This document shows positions 24,977 to 39,439 of a stretch of 64,000 nucleotides of DNA, one piece after another. How positions within the stretch are numbered: position 1 is the stretch's first letter; every line of letters begins with the position of its first letter. Origin of the DNA: Octopus vulgaris (Eukaryota); contig OX597816.1 of the NCBI GenBank assembly GCA_951406725.2, positions 59,086,001 through 59,150,000 on the forward strand, given 5' to 3'. A program made the position numbers and the translations under genes. The notes beneath the pieces were generated by a model, which was not told the DNA's origin, did not search any database, and saw only the letters and a program-made list of their open reading frames with translations.

Positions 24977-26448
24977 TAGATATATAGATTTATGTTTATA
25001 TATGTACATATGTATGTATATATATATATATGTATAAATATATGTAAGCATGTATATATGTGTACACATGTATGTATGTATATATATATATACCAAGTTC
25101 AATCATCACCATTATTGACTTTTGAGAAACCTTTAGCTAATCATCAGAGATGTTACACGGCTACATACTAGAGTACTATCCAATATTGATTACATCCTGT
25201 GTATTTCTCCAATGAAGAAACACTAATTTTATTTATATATATATATATATATATTTTACTAGCTTCAGCCAGTGGGCTGTTGCCATGATGGAACACTACC
25301 ACTTTATGTATATAAGGTTGTGAAGAAACATTATTTCTCTCAGTCAATGTTTCCTATTTCAATAAGTTTTCTTTCAACGTTTGATAGTGTTATATACACA
25401 AGTGCAGGCGTCCCAGATTGGTCAGTTCAATGCAGTTAATGTTCAGCTGAAAGGTGTGTACATGGGTCTCTGGTGAGAAAACAGAAGTGAAGTGTGATAT
25501 CCAGTATTTTTATTTATGAATTGCTTTATGGGCACATGTTTCATACAGACCTAGTAAGAGGTTAAGTGGAGCTAACTAGTCCAGCGAAAATTATAGTGGT
25601 GAAAGAATATATAGAAGAAACAAAGTATGTAGACCTGAGATTATGTTGGTGGGTAACTCTTTGCCAATAAGTTGAATAAATTTCTTTTATGCCTCTGTAC
25701 AGTAACAGGTGTAACACTGTCCCATATGTGTAGTATTCCAATGTAGTTCACAATTGAGCTTTCTCGCTAGCCATTAGGACTGAAATATTTCTTTACTCCA
25801 AAGTACAATTTTAACCTTTGTGATGCCATTTTTGCATCATTTCATATATTGTCATCATCATCTAATATCCACTTTCTATGCTGGCATGTGTTGGACATTC
25901 TGATAGAAAACTGGCAAGCTGCAGGACCATGCCAACTTACAATGTCATCTTTGGCATGGTTTCTATGGCTGGGTGCCCTTCCTTGCACCAACTACTTAAT
26001 AGAGTGTACTGGGTGCGTTTTGGGGGCCACCAGTACTAGCAATGTTGCTATGTAACTTGCAAGACAAAAAAGACCAGGGAGAAAGGAAAGGGAAAAGTTC
26101 CCACTATGAAGAGAAAGTATTTGGGAGGAGAAGATTTACGCCAAATGTTGAAAGACAAAGTATGACAGAGACAATCACAGGTATCTTGCTATAGAGAAGA
26201 TATGTGGCTGAAGGAGACAAAGGATGGTAGTGATGGGTGCAGGAGCAGACTATCAAGGAACAAGAAGGCAAGCATAAGTGAGGATATGGACAGTGGGTCA
26301 TGGGAGTGAGTGAGAAAATGTGTGGATGCTTTCATAGGAGTGTGAAAGGGGAGTAAAAGGTAGAGGTTAATGTAATGAGTGCTAAATAAGGGTAGGGGTA
26401 CAGATGATGGGGAATACCAATATGTAGAGAGTAATATAGGGTATATAG

Positions 26449-26983
26449 TTTGGCTTCATGCTCAAAAGAGCTATAATAGATGCAATTTTCCTACTGAAGC
26501 AACTGTAAGAGAAATTGACTGTGAAGAGTAAGCCACTATTCTTGGTATTCATTAACTTGGAAAAGACATTTTACAGGGTATTGCATTTAATAATTTCATG
26601 ATCCCTCAGGAAACAAAGAGTAGACAAATGACATGCAAGGGCTATACAAACTATGTGCAGTAAGTAAATCAAGAGTCAACTATTTCAGTGAAGGTAGGAG
26701 TACATCAAGGCTCAGTCCTGTCTTTTTCTATTCACCGTAGTCCTATAGGTCATCATAGAGGTACTTAAGACTAGCTGTCCATGGAAACGCTTATACACTG
26801 GTGACTTAGTTATCATAGCTAAATTTAGTGAAATTATAGAGGAAATTCCAAGCATGGAAGCTAAACCTAGAATTGAGAGGCTTCAAGGTAAATTTGGCAA
26901 AGACTAATGTTTCAGTAAGTAAGAAAGAAGAGAGGACCAAGCATCATCAGGAGAATGGTTTTGTTTGATGTGCAGGAAAGAAG
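26449..26983 (+). mobile_element. RTE-clade LINE reverse transcriptase fragment (decayed)
   Basis: Remnant motifs FGFM..DAIFLLKQL, LEKTF.RV, VGVHQGSVLS, LYTGDLVI. Confidence 0.7.
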
Positions 26984-26985
26984 TA

Positions 26986-27800
26986 CGAGGGTTGGCTGAA
27001 AAGTTTATAGGACAACCAAGATACTCTCATGGAATGTGACCAAATGAGGTTTATTTTCCAACAGTCGTCCTTGTGGTCCACATACTTTTTCCCATTGGCG
27101 TTACAGTGCTTAGATCTCATTGAAGAAGCGGTCATTCTGTTGGTTAAAAAAGTCATCAACAGTAGATATGCACAGCATGACTGTGGCTTTGAACAGTCAT
27201 GAACAGCCATTGAAGCCACAGTCATTGAAACCAAAGACTTGCATTGTCCAGATGAAACAAGACCCTTTTTGTTACTGCCTCAGTAAGTTGGCATAGTTCT
27301 CTCCATTGATAATACGGCTCTTTCAAAAATAGTCAATAAACATCTCAAAAAACCGAGGCCATCACTTTTCTTGCAGACAAAACGATCTTAGCTTTCTTTG
27401 GAGTAATGTTTTCACAGCATAGAGTGTCTTTGGCTTATCCTGGATGAGAAAATATTCAAAGAAACAAACTGGATCTGCCTCAAACAGTGTCAGATTTTCC
27501 CATAATGTGATCAGTCTGGTGCACTTTTGATCCAATGTCAGAAACCTTCATCATGCCAAGATCATTGTGCAGAATATTCTCAAATTTCTCATGAGATATA
27601 CTAATAGCATTGGTTACCTGATTTGTAGTCAACTGCCTGTCATTCATCACCATGTAGTGAACATGATCAAGGTTTACCTTGATGATAGCAGTTGCAAGAT
27701 GTCTAGACACACATCAGGTTATCTTCAAGACTACCTGCTCCCCTCCTAAAGTCAGTTACTCACTTTTGCACTGTTGATGAAGCTAGAGTATCACCTCCTT
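26986..27800 (-). mobile_element. Decayed mariner element (a different family from 23745-24976)
   Basis: TA-CGAGGGTTGGCTGAAAAGTT end; ORF 27480-27710 resembles a mariner HTH region (DRQLT..ISISHE..ILHNDLGMMKVS). Confidence 0.75.
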
Positions 27801-28439
27801 GGAACTTTGGAAGAGAAAGACAAAGGATTTGAAAGAAAAAGGTGACCCACATATGCCAGAGATATCAAAGGCCATGGTGATTGGCACTATGCAGTGCTAC
27901 AAAAGACCCACCTGCCAATGGAAAAATGCACACACTCTAACATAAAGATAGTGATTAAAAAGCTTTGTGCATTTCTTTCCATTGAGCCCACCTTACAATC
28001 TTCCCTCTTGGGTTTTCATCTCTTCGTTTGTCACTCACAAGCACATCACTCCCAAGTCACCTCTATTGCCATCCAACAAATCTTACTATCTGCCCTTACA
28101 CCTCTAGCCATTCTTTCTTTCCTTATATTCTCTCCACTGCCTCCACATGTAGAATGCTTTTGTGATATTCACACTCTGCTCTTCTTGCTCCTACCTTTAT
28201 GGTGCCTTTCAGTGTCGCATTGCCTTTACTACTCTCTACTCCCCAGCTTTCATCACCCCTTCTCTTTTCCCCCTCTCTTACCTATCTCCACAACCCCACA
28301 CCTCTTCACCTTTTATTACTCCCTTCATACACCTAACCATGCTTGCCCCTTACAAACAACATCATACACAACCCACCCATAAGGTATAAGGTATTTAGGC
28401 TGCCTGTGGAAGACATTTGTGTGAGGAAGGTTAAAAAGG

Positions 28440-29400
28440 TATGAAGTGTGACATTATCTGCAAGAAGAGGATAATAAATATTACCAAAATCTTTGGACTT
28501 GAGAGAATGTGAACCAAAGAAAACTCTTTGGGTTCATGCTGCAGTCTGACAGAAAGTTTCTACTCTTAAGAAATAATAAACAGGTGGAAATAATGTGTGT
28601 GCAGATTAACTAAGAATTTCACATGCCAAAAACGGTTGAAGACTATGCTTAAGCCATGTGCCACAGTACAGCTTTCAGTGAAGTCCTCAAAGGCAAGGGA
28701 ACACATGACATAGAACAGTAAGTTTCTGGTATGACCCAGCAATGAAATGGTTGAGAAACAGGAAGTAATATAGGGGGAGAAAGTAGCTGTTGACAAGGAT
28801 TTTCATTTTAGAAGTAGAAATATTAAATTGGCAGATTGTAGGGCCAGAGAGGATTTCTTCTTAAGGAAAGGGATGTGCAACCGAAAGTTATAATGGGGGG
28901 AGGGAGAGAGAGAGAGATGGAGTAAAGAGTTTGATGAGGATAACAACTCTTAAGAGTGATGGAAGAAATATCATCAGACCCACTTACTTTGTATTGGGTT
29001 AATATTCATGGGATTGAAAATGGTAAAGAAATTAACAGAGGTTAACTTCTCATTTGGGATGTAGTTACAGAAAAGTACCAAATAAGGTTACATTTTAGAT
29101 TTTTATTGGTTTGATCTGGTTGTAAGAACTGCCCATAGCCTTCACAGGCTGTTATCTGATAACCAGGTGACAGAAGTGAAAGTTGGGAGAGTAAAGAGGG
29201 CAACAAAAACAGCAAAAAAATCTATGGATAAGGGATAAGAGATCTGATGTAAGGTTTGTGTTAATAAGTGGTGCATAAAGCCTAGAAATCTATGGATATT
29301 AGGAAGAAAAAAATTGTCTGGAGGATTTTGCTTTATTTCTTAGCACCAATGTAGAGAGTATAACAAGAAAGTCGATTATGCTTTGAGGAAGTGCTGAGTA
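28440..29400 (-). mobile_element. Decayed non-LTR retrotransposon (CR1/Jockey-like) RT fragment
   Basis: Remnant L.IVFNRFWH (D..KAFDRVWH-like) and upstream endonuclease-RT linker-like composition. Confidence 0.4.
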
Positions 29401-30399
29401 ACAAAGGTACTGGTTGATACATGAAAGATTACTGAGTTATTTGTGCATGATTTAAGTAGAGCAAGCAGTGGACAAATATATGACTTGAATATCTTTGTCC
29501 TCAAATGGAATAACAACTGCAGACCAACCCAACATAAAGGACATTAAATAATTATGATGGTGATGATATATGTCTTTATAAACCAAACAATTTTAGTGAA
29601 AAGTGATACGTTTTCATGAAATTGAAGAACTGTTTGATTAGCTTCAGATTCTGTTGAGTTAAACAAATGACAGATGAGTCTTTACTTCATTTAAGATATC
29701 AATTGACTGAAAGGAACATTCTAAGGAAGTGCTCATACTAAATGGTTAGATCATACCTGACAACATTTGCTGGAGACAGTTGAAATATGGAAAGATGCAG
29801 ATTTGTTCAGGACATCAAAATGACAATCAGGTGATAAAATTCTTTTAATAAAGTCACTAAATTATATCTTCATTAAAAATGAAGCTTCCTTTTCTAAATT
29901 GTAAACCGAAACAACTAAGAATTTGCAAATACACTGAGTCATCATAAACCAAAATAAGAGAGTTGTTAAAACCAAAGAGGGAGTCTCATTAACCTACTAG
30001 ATATAACAACAAAATTTCCTTCAAAGTATACAGTACTGTCTTACAAAAGGATATATTGACTGATGTAGTCTTAAATACCTTATGCCTTAAGGGAAGATAA
30101 GATAGCCAAGGCTGGAATAATTTTGATCATAGAAACTGTTCAGCTGAAACTATACAACTTTAATCAATTAATTAATCAAGTAGGCTATAAAGAAAAATCT
30201 ATCAAATCTAAAATTAGAGACAAAAAACTAAAAGCAATCCTAAAATGAATTTTTTAAATATTTGTTCTTGGTCCTGTAGACTGACATTTTACTATTGATG
30301 GAGAGTAGAAGGTGTAGAATGGAGAGTAGACGCTATTGATGGAGAGTAGAAGGTATAGAAATATATGTGCATGCATGCATGTGTAATAATACACAGAAT

Positions 30400-33300
30400 G
30401 CAAATTTGTTAGAATTTAATTCAAACTCTTACATCAAGCTACATTAAAATAGTCTGAAGAGATGCATGTTTTAAAAATATGAAGTCAAACATATTTGTGC
30501 ATTATTTTTATTATTTATTCTAATTATTTTCCTGCATATATTTTAAACCAGTTTTTTTTTAATACTTAATATTCCAGAAACAACGTCATATTAAAAGAAT
30601 TTCATAATTAATAATAAAAATGTCCTCAGAGTGTATACAGAGATATTCATGGAAATAATAATTATTATTTTTAAAAAAAATTATTTATTTACAAACAGTA
30701 ATGATTTTTTTTTTTTTTCAATAAATATCAATATATTTTAATGTTCATGTTTAATTTTGATGTTGTTAAATGAATTAAACAACTAATATTTTATACAGAG
30801 ATCCATTAACATGATGAGAAGAGTAATACAGATCCCAACCACACTAATAAAAAAGAAAAAAATTATCAGACATGAATAAAACATATACTTGTATATATAA
30901 AATAAATCGTTTCTGAAAATAAGCTTTCAATGAACTGGTTCAAAGAAAATTGAATAAGACTTTGATAAGAGGATCGAGTAACTTGACCAATGCCAAATTA
31001 TGAGGAGACTAAATGAAGTAGCGAAAATAAATTATTACACAATCCAATAGTGACAATTTTGGTTTTTTCCCCTTCTTTGTACAGTAGTATTATTGTTATT
31101 ATAAAATTCAGTATTATATGCATATTTATAAAGTATTCCTTAAAAGGATTAAAAGGTAGAAATGCATGTCCTGGATGTAAGAATTTAATATAATACACAC
31201 ATTTATCTTGAAAATGCTTTTATACTTTTCACAATTTTCTGTTTCAGCAGTTGCAGATAATCAAATAATTCAAGATTTTTGAATAAAACAATTAAAAAAT
31301 GAATTTTAACTATTTGAAATTCAATATAAATAGATTTCACCTCATCTGTGTATCTGTCAATACAGTTATGACTTAATCAACTACAAAATATTGTTTTAAG
31401 TAATAATCTGATGCCCAAAATTTCTTAAATGTTAAATTCTTACATTAGTTTCTCTCTAAACTTATCAAATAATATTGTTACATATTGCATTTTTACCATA
31501 AAGGTTTTAAAAAGAAGACAACCGTTGCATTCTTTTGAAATACATCACTGAATTCTACTCTCTCACATACACGCAAGAAAAAAAAAGCCTGTAAAAATTC
31601 CACTTGGTAGAATAACATTTATTTATCATTAGAATAATAAAAATAACTTAACATCCTGACCCAACCCTATACGATAGAGAAATAACAAAAACATTTACAT
31701 AAAAATGGCAATTTATTTGAAAGAATGAAACTTTAAAATGTTAATTAATTAATTGTATATGAGAGTTCAAGCATATACATATGCAGACATATGCACACAA
31801 CTTTTTCTGTCAATCAATGAATCACAGCACATTTTTGTTTTAAATATCTGGATGGTTAATTAGGAGGTAAGGTAAGCTACTGATGTTTGTTAAGCTTGAT
31901 CATAAACAATATATAAAAATGTTTACATCTATTTTTCAGATAAGCAATAAATTGTTAAGAAAGAGAAACAATAAATTAAAAATTTTCGAGAGATATAATG
32001 CGATTCAAAAACAATCACTGATTGCACTTTTTTATCTTCTTTCTTTGAAGTCATTCAAAACTTTCTAAGTATTATTCAATCTTTTTAAAATAAAAATTTA
32101 AATGTATTTTTAGTTTAATAAGTATTTCAACCCTATCTATTTATATCTATCCTCTGTCAAAATATAATGATTTTTATTAATTCTAAGTTTAGGGAAAATA
32201 CTTTTATATAACAAATATGTTTACATTTGTAAATAAACAAGTACTGACTTTGAGGTAATCAAAATAACTATTTTCAGTAATTCAGCTGTATACTGTTCAT
32301 TAACAAAAAGCAAAACAAAACAAAAGAAGCAAAAAACGCCATTAAAAAAAAATCATCTAAAATATGAGTAGATATGGAACATCTTAATTATTACCCCAAA
32401 TTTTCAACAATATAATTACACTGCAAAAATCTGAACTAAGAAAAAATTCATTCACTCATTCTATTTTTAATTTTAAATTTCCATTTTATGGGATTTATAA
32501 ACAAACTACAAAATCATTTCATACTAACCAATAAGAGACAGAAGGAATTGTAAAATAATTTCAATACCTTCAAATGTAAAAATTGCCAACAACTAAATTT
32601 CTTTAATCAACTAATACTTCATACTTATAGGAGAGAAAAAACAAAAAAATAACTTTTTTTTCCAAATTTTTCTCATAATTATCAACAACATAAAAGGAAA
32701 TTAAATTGTTACCCCTTGGAGTAAAAATAAAGTAGAATAGACTAGCCAGGAGCTTACATCATCTACATTACGGTACTTAACTTGTGTGTATGGCTATAAA
32801 CATAAGAACTGATACTTTATTTAAATCATGCATTAATAATGATGGCAAAAAATAAAAGCTCAGTTTATAAATCATTTATAACCTAATTGCTGTAAAACTG
32901 ACACTAACACAGACATTTCAACAAATATTCAAAAGTAATTTTGAAACAAAGTAAATATAAGAAATTATTGACATGATTTTGAGACACTATTTCTAATTCA
33001 AAGAACAGTACAAACAACTAATTATTTAAAAAAAGACTGGGTGACAGCTAGTAATGCTTCTATTGAATACCTAACATTAGCAAACAAACTTTTAGTTAAT
33101 ACTATTAATAAATTCTGAAAAAGATATGATGCATTTGCTGAAATATAAGCTTATACATATATACTTATGCAAATTGGAATATAAACAATGGACAAAAACT
33201 AAATTTTCTTAGTCTTTATCACTAAAAATTTATTAACAATAGTTAGTTTTCAACTAGAAAGTTGACATCACATTTGTCAGAAATCATTTAGAAATACAAC

Positions 33301-35610
33301 TGTCAAAAGAGATTGATTCAATGTATATTTCTAGGAGAGAAAAGTATGAAAGACTAAAAAGAAGAAAAAAAGTATTAAAAGTCAACAATTAAAAAAATCT
33401 TAATCAAAATATATATCAAAGCTTTCAATGATAATTTTTCTGTTCAAATTATCACCATTTGTAACATTTCCTAATTTAATTTTTCAAAAGTAATTCTATC
33501 TTCAAAATTTTTATTACATTAATTTATTTTAAATGAAGATAATTTTTTTCACATGATTATGAAGGGAAATTATATAATGATATGATTATAAAAATTTTAT
33601 TTTAATTAATATGCTTTTAAAAAAGAAAAAGAAAGATGTAGGTGAAAAAAAAAACTGTATTAATGGGCCAAGGAAAGGAATGAGTAAAAGTGTGATAAAG
33701 ATGTAAGCAAAAATGGAGACAAAACTAAATTCATAATAGAGCAATTGGTGTTATATTTTGATATTTTTACCTTTATTTCTGCACAGCAGAAAAATGCAAT
33801 AAACAAATGTATTTTTTGCAACAATACTCCACAAAGTAGTTATTTACAGTTCAGAAATACACTTGATGAGGTCATATTTAAAAGTCACCTCCGCTTAACT
33901 GCAACCTCACTCCTCTTGTATCTGTCTTTAAGACTGTATGTGTGCGTGTGTGTATTATGTGTGTGTGTCTACACACACTCATGTATGTATATATGTGTGT
34001 TCATAAAACCCCACAAAAGAAGATCTACAAAATCTTCAAAAAAGATAAAATACAAAAATAATGATAATGTGCAAACAAAGATACCAATAATGAAATAAAT
34101 TGTCCTAAGAATACAAAACACTCAAAAACAAAATGGAATTAATTTTAAAATAAGCATTGAAAATGTTGAAAAATTTGTTACAATTGGCAGTAATTGAATC
34201 TATCAAATACTTAATCGATGAGTGTAAAATGCTAGGCTTAATTTGTTTAATTTAAAGACAAAATTCTAATTTAAAAAGAATAAATAAAATGTTCTTATAA
34301 AAAAAAAGAAAATGAAATGCTAGAATCAGGTCTACATTCCATTTGAAAATTACCAAGAATGTGCTGTTAGTAATCTTGTACAGTCTTAACTTTTAAAATG
34401 GTATGAGTCAAGAATTAAGTATCAAAATGTATAGCAACACCATCAAAGATACAAAATATTTCAAAAATTGCAAAGTTGCTACTTCTTTAGGCCATGATTT
34501 TCTAATAGTTCATAAACTTGGCAGAATTATTAGTTTCTTATCATTGATAAAGAAAAATTACAAAAAAAAAAATACTATTTCCCAACACCCATGAAGTATT
34601 TTTGAAATATACATACTGTGTGTGTATATATATACATATATATATATCACTTACAATGATATTAATGAAGAGCTTGTCAAAAGTCAGAGATCAAAAAAAA
34701 AATGCAAGTTTTACATTATAACATAATTATAGGTGCACTGTATTTAGTAGGGAGTATTAACAATGAAAATTATTAATAAAGATGATATCAAGATATAGCA
34801 ACTAAAGTAGTCGCTAATGGAAAGAATGATATGTGCTCCAGTATGACCACAGTCAAGAGACTGAAACCAGTACAAGAATGTGCAATTTCTAATATAGTTA
34901 TTCAGAAATAGTGGTAGCAAGCTGACTAATATAAATTACAGTTTATATTAAAATAATTACCATACAATATTTTCTTTTTTAAAAATTAGTTTTCAATTAA
35001 TTAATTTACAGCAGCCAACCATGCAGCCACAATTCATGAATGTTAGTTAGTAATTGAGACCTTTAAAATATGTTATTCAACTTTTCCATTCTCTTGTTTC
35101 TTTCCCCACCTAGAGCAATGCCCAGTAGTAGCATTAGTGTAAAACTTAAGACTGAAAATAAATTCAATCATCATAGGAATAAAAGTATAAAAAGACATGA
35201 TTTTCCTTGCAACTTTAAAGCCTTTTTTTTTTTTGCCCTCACCCCACCCCTTCAAATAATAAAACAAAAGTATGTATTAGAATTGTACAGAGCTAGTATA
35301 TTTACACATACATTTTTACATCCCTATTCCTATGACTGTGCAATACAAAATTCCCTTGCTCAAAATACTACATAAACCTTGCAAAATAAACTTCAGCAGT
35401 CACTAAATTTATAGCAAATTAACTAATTTATTCTCCTATTTAAATTACAGTAACTTAAGGTTAAAAAAAAAATCAAATAAAGGTTTTACATCATGCTATG
35501 TTGAGTTTCAGAACTTGTAACAAATTGTTCACTACTGGCAGAGAGATAGCATAATCCAAGAATTACATATTTACACAAAAGTGCAAAATATAATTTGCTA
35601 TCAGTAAATT
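30400..35610 (-). other. KMT2C: Probable long 3'UTR of KMT2C/D
   Basis: Directly after the stop; very U-rich on the minus strand, almost free of the TEs that fill neighbouring regions; several AATAAA/ATTAAA candidates. The 3' end is a guess. Confidence 0.45.
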
Positions 35611-35703
35611 CTAGTTCATCCATTTTCTGCAGTTTGGAGCCCCACACAAGCATGGAATTTTGTGCTGATCATCTTCAAAGTCAAATTTGTAATCATAGGT
35701 TAA
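35611..35703 (-). CDS. KMT2C: KMT2C/D last exon (SET end and post-SET)
   Basis: [30 protein letters not shown]; acceptor ttgcag. Confidence 0.95.
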   Translation of the reverse strand, partial: LTYDYKFDFEDDQHKIPCLCGAPNCRKWMN

Positions 35704-36498
35704 CTGCAACAAAAGAAATATTGATTTTATAAACATATATTGTGCTGGTTTGATATGAAATTTCCAATCCTAGAGATTATTAAAAAGAAACAGAGTCTAT
35801 TCAGAGGTAACTTAGTCAAGAAGTTCTCATACCAGATACTTCAAAAATTTGCTGATCTCAAGGGCAAAACGCTACTGCTATGTATGAGTGTGAGTGTCTG
35901 GTAAATCTGATACTATGGAAAATGTACAGGTGGTTACTGAGCTAAAAGAGAGACTCAAAGGGATAATGGATATGGACGTTTAACAATTATTTTGATAATT
36001 TTTGTGATATCTGAAGTGAGGGAGAAAGGTTGTCCATCTTGGAAGCAGATACAGTACTGCATATCTCCATAGATTGTGGTAGTTCTTTTTTAGAGAGAGG
36101 ATTATATTTTTGATTTCAGAGATGAAAAAGGGAATTCTGGACGGGATGGTTAAGGGTAATGTAAGGAACGCTATCAGTAACAGATGCCCTGAGAAAATTT
36201 TGATGACAAAATAGGAGTTGAGAAGAAAAATTTAGAAGTTGTTGTATATGCACAGTAGGGAGTTGGAAGCAAGCCAAGTATAAAAAGAAGTGGTTTTTAT
36301 CAGTAAGAGTGTAATCTACAAAAGTATCTTGGTTAGAGAGTGGTGGATAAGAGGTTTTTGCAAAGTGAGCCAGAATCCCTAGCAGCAATTTCAGAGTTAA
36401 GTAAGTTTCAAAATTGTGAAGTGTACAAAGAAATAGCAAGAAATTTTCTGATTTTGGTTTATTATTTTTAATATTAATGAGAACATTAGTTTACTAAC

Positions 36499-36681
36499 CT
36501 CTTCGCCTCGCACGATTTTCCTGCTTGTAATGATAATAATTTTACTTTCTTTTTCAAAGGGCACAACTTCAGCTACACAGTTGGGATTGCATGAATGGTT
36601 GATGTAACGAGCTAAGCCTCCAACCATTGTGGCATCTATAACTGTGTCTGTATCACTGCGGAACATGTAGACACCACGATT
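36499..36681 (-). CDS. KMT2C: KMT2C/D SET exon
   Basis: NRGVYMFR..IDAT..GGLARYINHSCNPNC..RGEE. Confidence 0.95.
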
Positions 36682-37262
36682 CTGAAAAACAGCATAAACG
36701 GATACATATTCAAGAACATGAAATACAATCCCTAATTCTTTTTTTTTCTGTTTTTCTCAGCTTCATCAGCAAGATTATATCAGCAGATTTTTTTAAGACC
36801 ATATAAAAAGCTTTTAAAATCCTTGCTTGCTTGTGTGAGACAAGTACATTGTGACAAAGTATTCTACAGCTGGATGCCCTTATGACACCCACCACCTATT
36901 TGCAAGCAAGGTAATAATCTCCTAGAGTATCAAACAACAAAAAGTCTAGACATAGTTACACAACAACCGGAAATGACATATGAACGAGTCTTTTGTTTCC
37001 AAAGGTCATGCAACACATTAAGAAACTTGACCATTCTTTTGCAGTGGATTACAAGCAAATGATACTGTCCACATGAAGAGCAAAACTATTGTTTACAACC
37101 AATAAACACAAAGGAAGAAAAAAGAACTATGAACTCCATCCCCACCCCCACACACAAGCACATATACATATATGACAGGCTTCTTTCAGTTTCTATCTAC
37201 TAAGTCTACTCACAAGGCTTTGATCAGACCAGAGCTACAAGTAGAAGACACTTGCCCAATAT

Positions 37263-38436
37263 GCCATGAAGGTTTATCTGTCTTTTTCAAGCAAAAAAAT
37301 AATGCTTGTTTCTATACTGATGTTAATGCACTCATACAAAAACTAGGACACATGCATGTGACTAAAAAATGGAGATTGCTTATAGATATGAGTAAGGTTA
37401 GCCTCAAAGCTGTGTTGTTATATAATGGTAATGAAAAAACCTTCCATTCCTGTGGGTCATGCTGTCAGTATGGAAAAAACTTATGAATCGATGGAACCCA
37501 TTCTGAAAGGAGTTAATTACTCAATTCATAAGTAGAATATTTGTGGTGATTTAATGATTTCCCTCCCGCTAGGACTGCAGCTAGGATATACTAAAATATA
37601 TGCTTCTTGTGTGGAACAGCCACGACGACAGCAATCATTACATTGTAAAATAGTGATCTAAAAGAGATGAGTGCATAGTTGGTTGGTACAATGTGCAGCA
37701 TATGCCACTGGTAAACCCACAAAAGATTTTCCACCCATTCACATCAAACTCAGCCACAAGAAAAAACTTCATAAAAGTAATGACACATGATGGTTGTGAC
37801 TTCCAGTACCTAAAAGTAAAATTTGGTGTAGAGAAAAGTGACACAAAACTGAAAGCCGGCATTTTCATTGGACCTGAGATCAGAGAATTGATGTCTGATA
37901 GCAAATTCAGAGATAAAACTGAATATAGTTGAGCTGATGGCATGGGATTCATTTGTGTTAGTCGTACAGAACTTTCTCGGAAATCATAGAGCTGAAAACT
38001 ATGCTGATTTAATAAACAACATGCTAACAGAGCATGAAAGAACAGGATGCTGAATGTCCCTTAAAATGCACATTTTGCATTCTCATCTCGATTTTTTTCC
38101 AACGAATGTTGGTGCCATTAGTGATGAGCATGGTAAAAGGTTCCACCAAGACATATCTGAGATGGAAATGAGGTATCAAGGCCAGTTCAATCCACACATG
38201 ATGAGTGACTACTGCTGGCTCCTACAATGAGAGACCAGCACGATGCACAAGAGCAAGTGTTTCAAACATTACTGAACTGAGCTTATCAAAAATAAAGTGA
38301 ATATTCCCTTAACATAAATATACTATATACAGTACTAATATACTATTATAATAATTATTTACCTTGAACTAAACAATTCCTGACACTAATATAGTATTAA
38401 TATATAATTATGCACATAACTCAAAATCCTGATGTG
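37263..38436 (+). mobile_element. Decayed DNA transposon, probably Chapaev3 (CMC) type, in a KMT2C/D intron
   Basis: Frameshifted motifs WRLLIDMSKVSLKAVLLYNGN, ICGDL, LGLQLGYTK, KLKAGIFIGPEIRELM, KMHILHSHLDFFP, SDEHGKRFHQDISEMEMRYQG, MMSDYCW. The superfamily assignment is from memory. Confidence 0.75.
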
Positions 38437-38930
38437 CTTCTTTATAACATCAGCAGTTAGTAGTGCTAACAAAGGACAGTACAAATTTATCTAATCACTT
38501 GTCAGCATATAAATATAGACAGAAAATTAATGTAGAAAAATTGTTTTCCTTACTTTCATAGCAGCTTATAATGGAGATACTAGTAAGTCATGAAAGATAA
38601 TCATTAGCTAAATATTGATAACTGATTTTCAACATCTCAATAACATTCTCTTTTGACTTACCTGTAGAGAGCAATTTAAAATTATTCATATCTAATTTCT
38701 AAAACTGATTTTTCAGTTAATTAAACAGATTAAGATTATTCTCTTTCCCACTTCCAAGCACACACAGTTTAAGATACAAGTAAAAAATGTCAAAAAAATT
38801 AAACAATTTTTTATAATTACAACTATATTTATCAAAATATTAAAAAATTTTAAACTTTTATTCTCAAACATGAGATACAAATAACCAAAGAACCAAAGGT
38901 AATTAAAGTTAGATAAATTTGAGTTAATAC

Positions 38931-39047
38931 CTGAGCTTCATATACTATTTCTCTTTTGTTGGCAACTTCATTACGTATCAAGTCTCCAATGTATTCAATC
39001 ACCATTGTATGTTTGTCCAAATCTCGTGCAGAAAAAAGACCAAGGCC
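38931..39047 (-). CDS. KMT2C: KMT2C/D SET exon
   Basis: GLGLFSARDLDKHTMVIEYIGDLIRNEVANKREIVYEAQ. Confidence 0.95.
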
Positions 39048-39140
39048 CTATAATAACAAAAAATTACAAAGATTATAAAACTTTTAACTAGTAAAATGAA
39101 AAAAAAAAATTATAATTTTAAGTAAATCAAAATAACATAC

Positions 39141-39318
39141 TTGTATCCTGGAACGAGCTAAATAGACATTATTCCTCCATTCTGTTTTCAATCTTCTATA
39201 TTGTTGAGATTTGGAATGAACAAATTGCTTCATGTAAGGGGAATTAACATCACCACTGACACCTGTCACTGTGGTAGGCAGAGAACGGGAAGTGATACTT
39301 GTTTGCAATGTATGAGGT
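39141..39318 (-). CDS. KMT2C: KMT2C/D pre-SET exon
   Basis: PHTL..SPYMKQFVHSKSQQYRRLKTEWRNNVYLARSRIQ. Confidence 0.95.
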
Positions 39319-39439
39319 CTGCAAAGAAATATAGTTAGAGTAAGGAAAATGATTTCAATCTGGCTTAGTATGTGGGGTAAGATATGATATTTCAGTAGAA
39401 AAAATTGTAAATTTATAAGAATAAAATATTATTCATTAG

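Noticed and set aside
27894-28389. 162-aa ORF
   Set aside because: CT-rich low-complexity sequence with no motifs.
30292-30360. Short tandem duplication ctattgatggagagtagaagg
   Set aside because: Simple slippage duplication with no sign of function.
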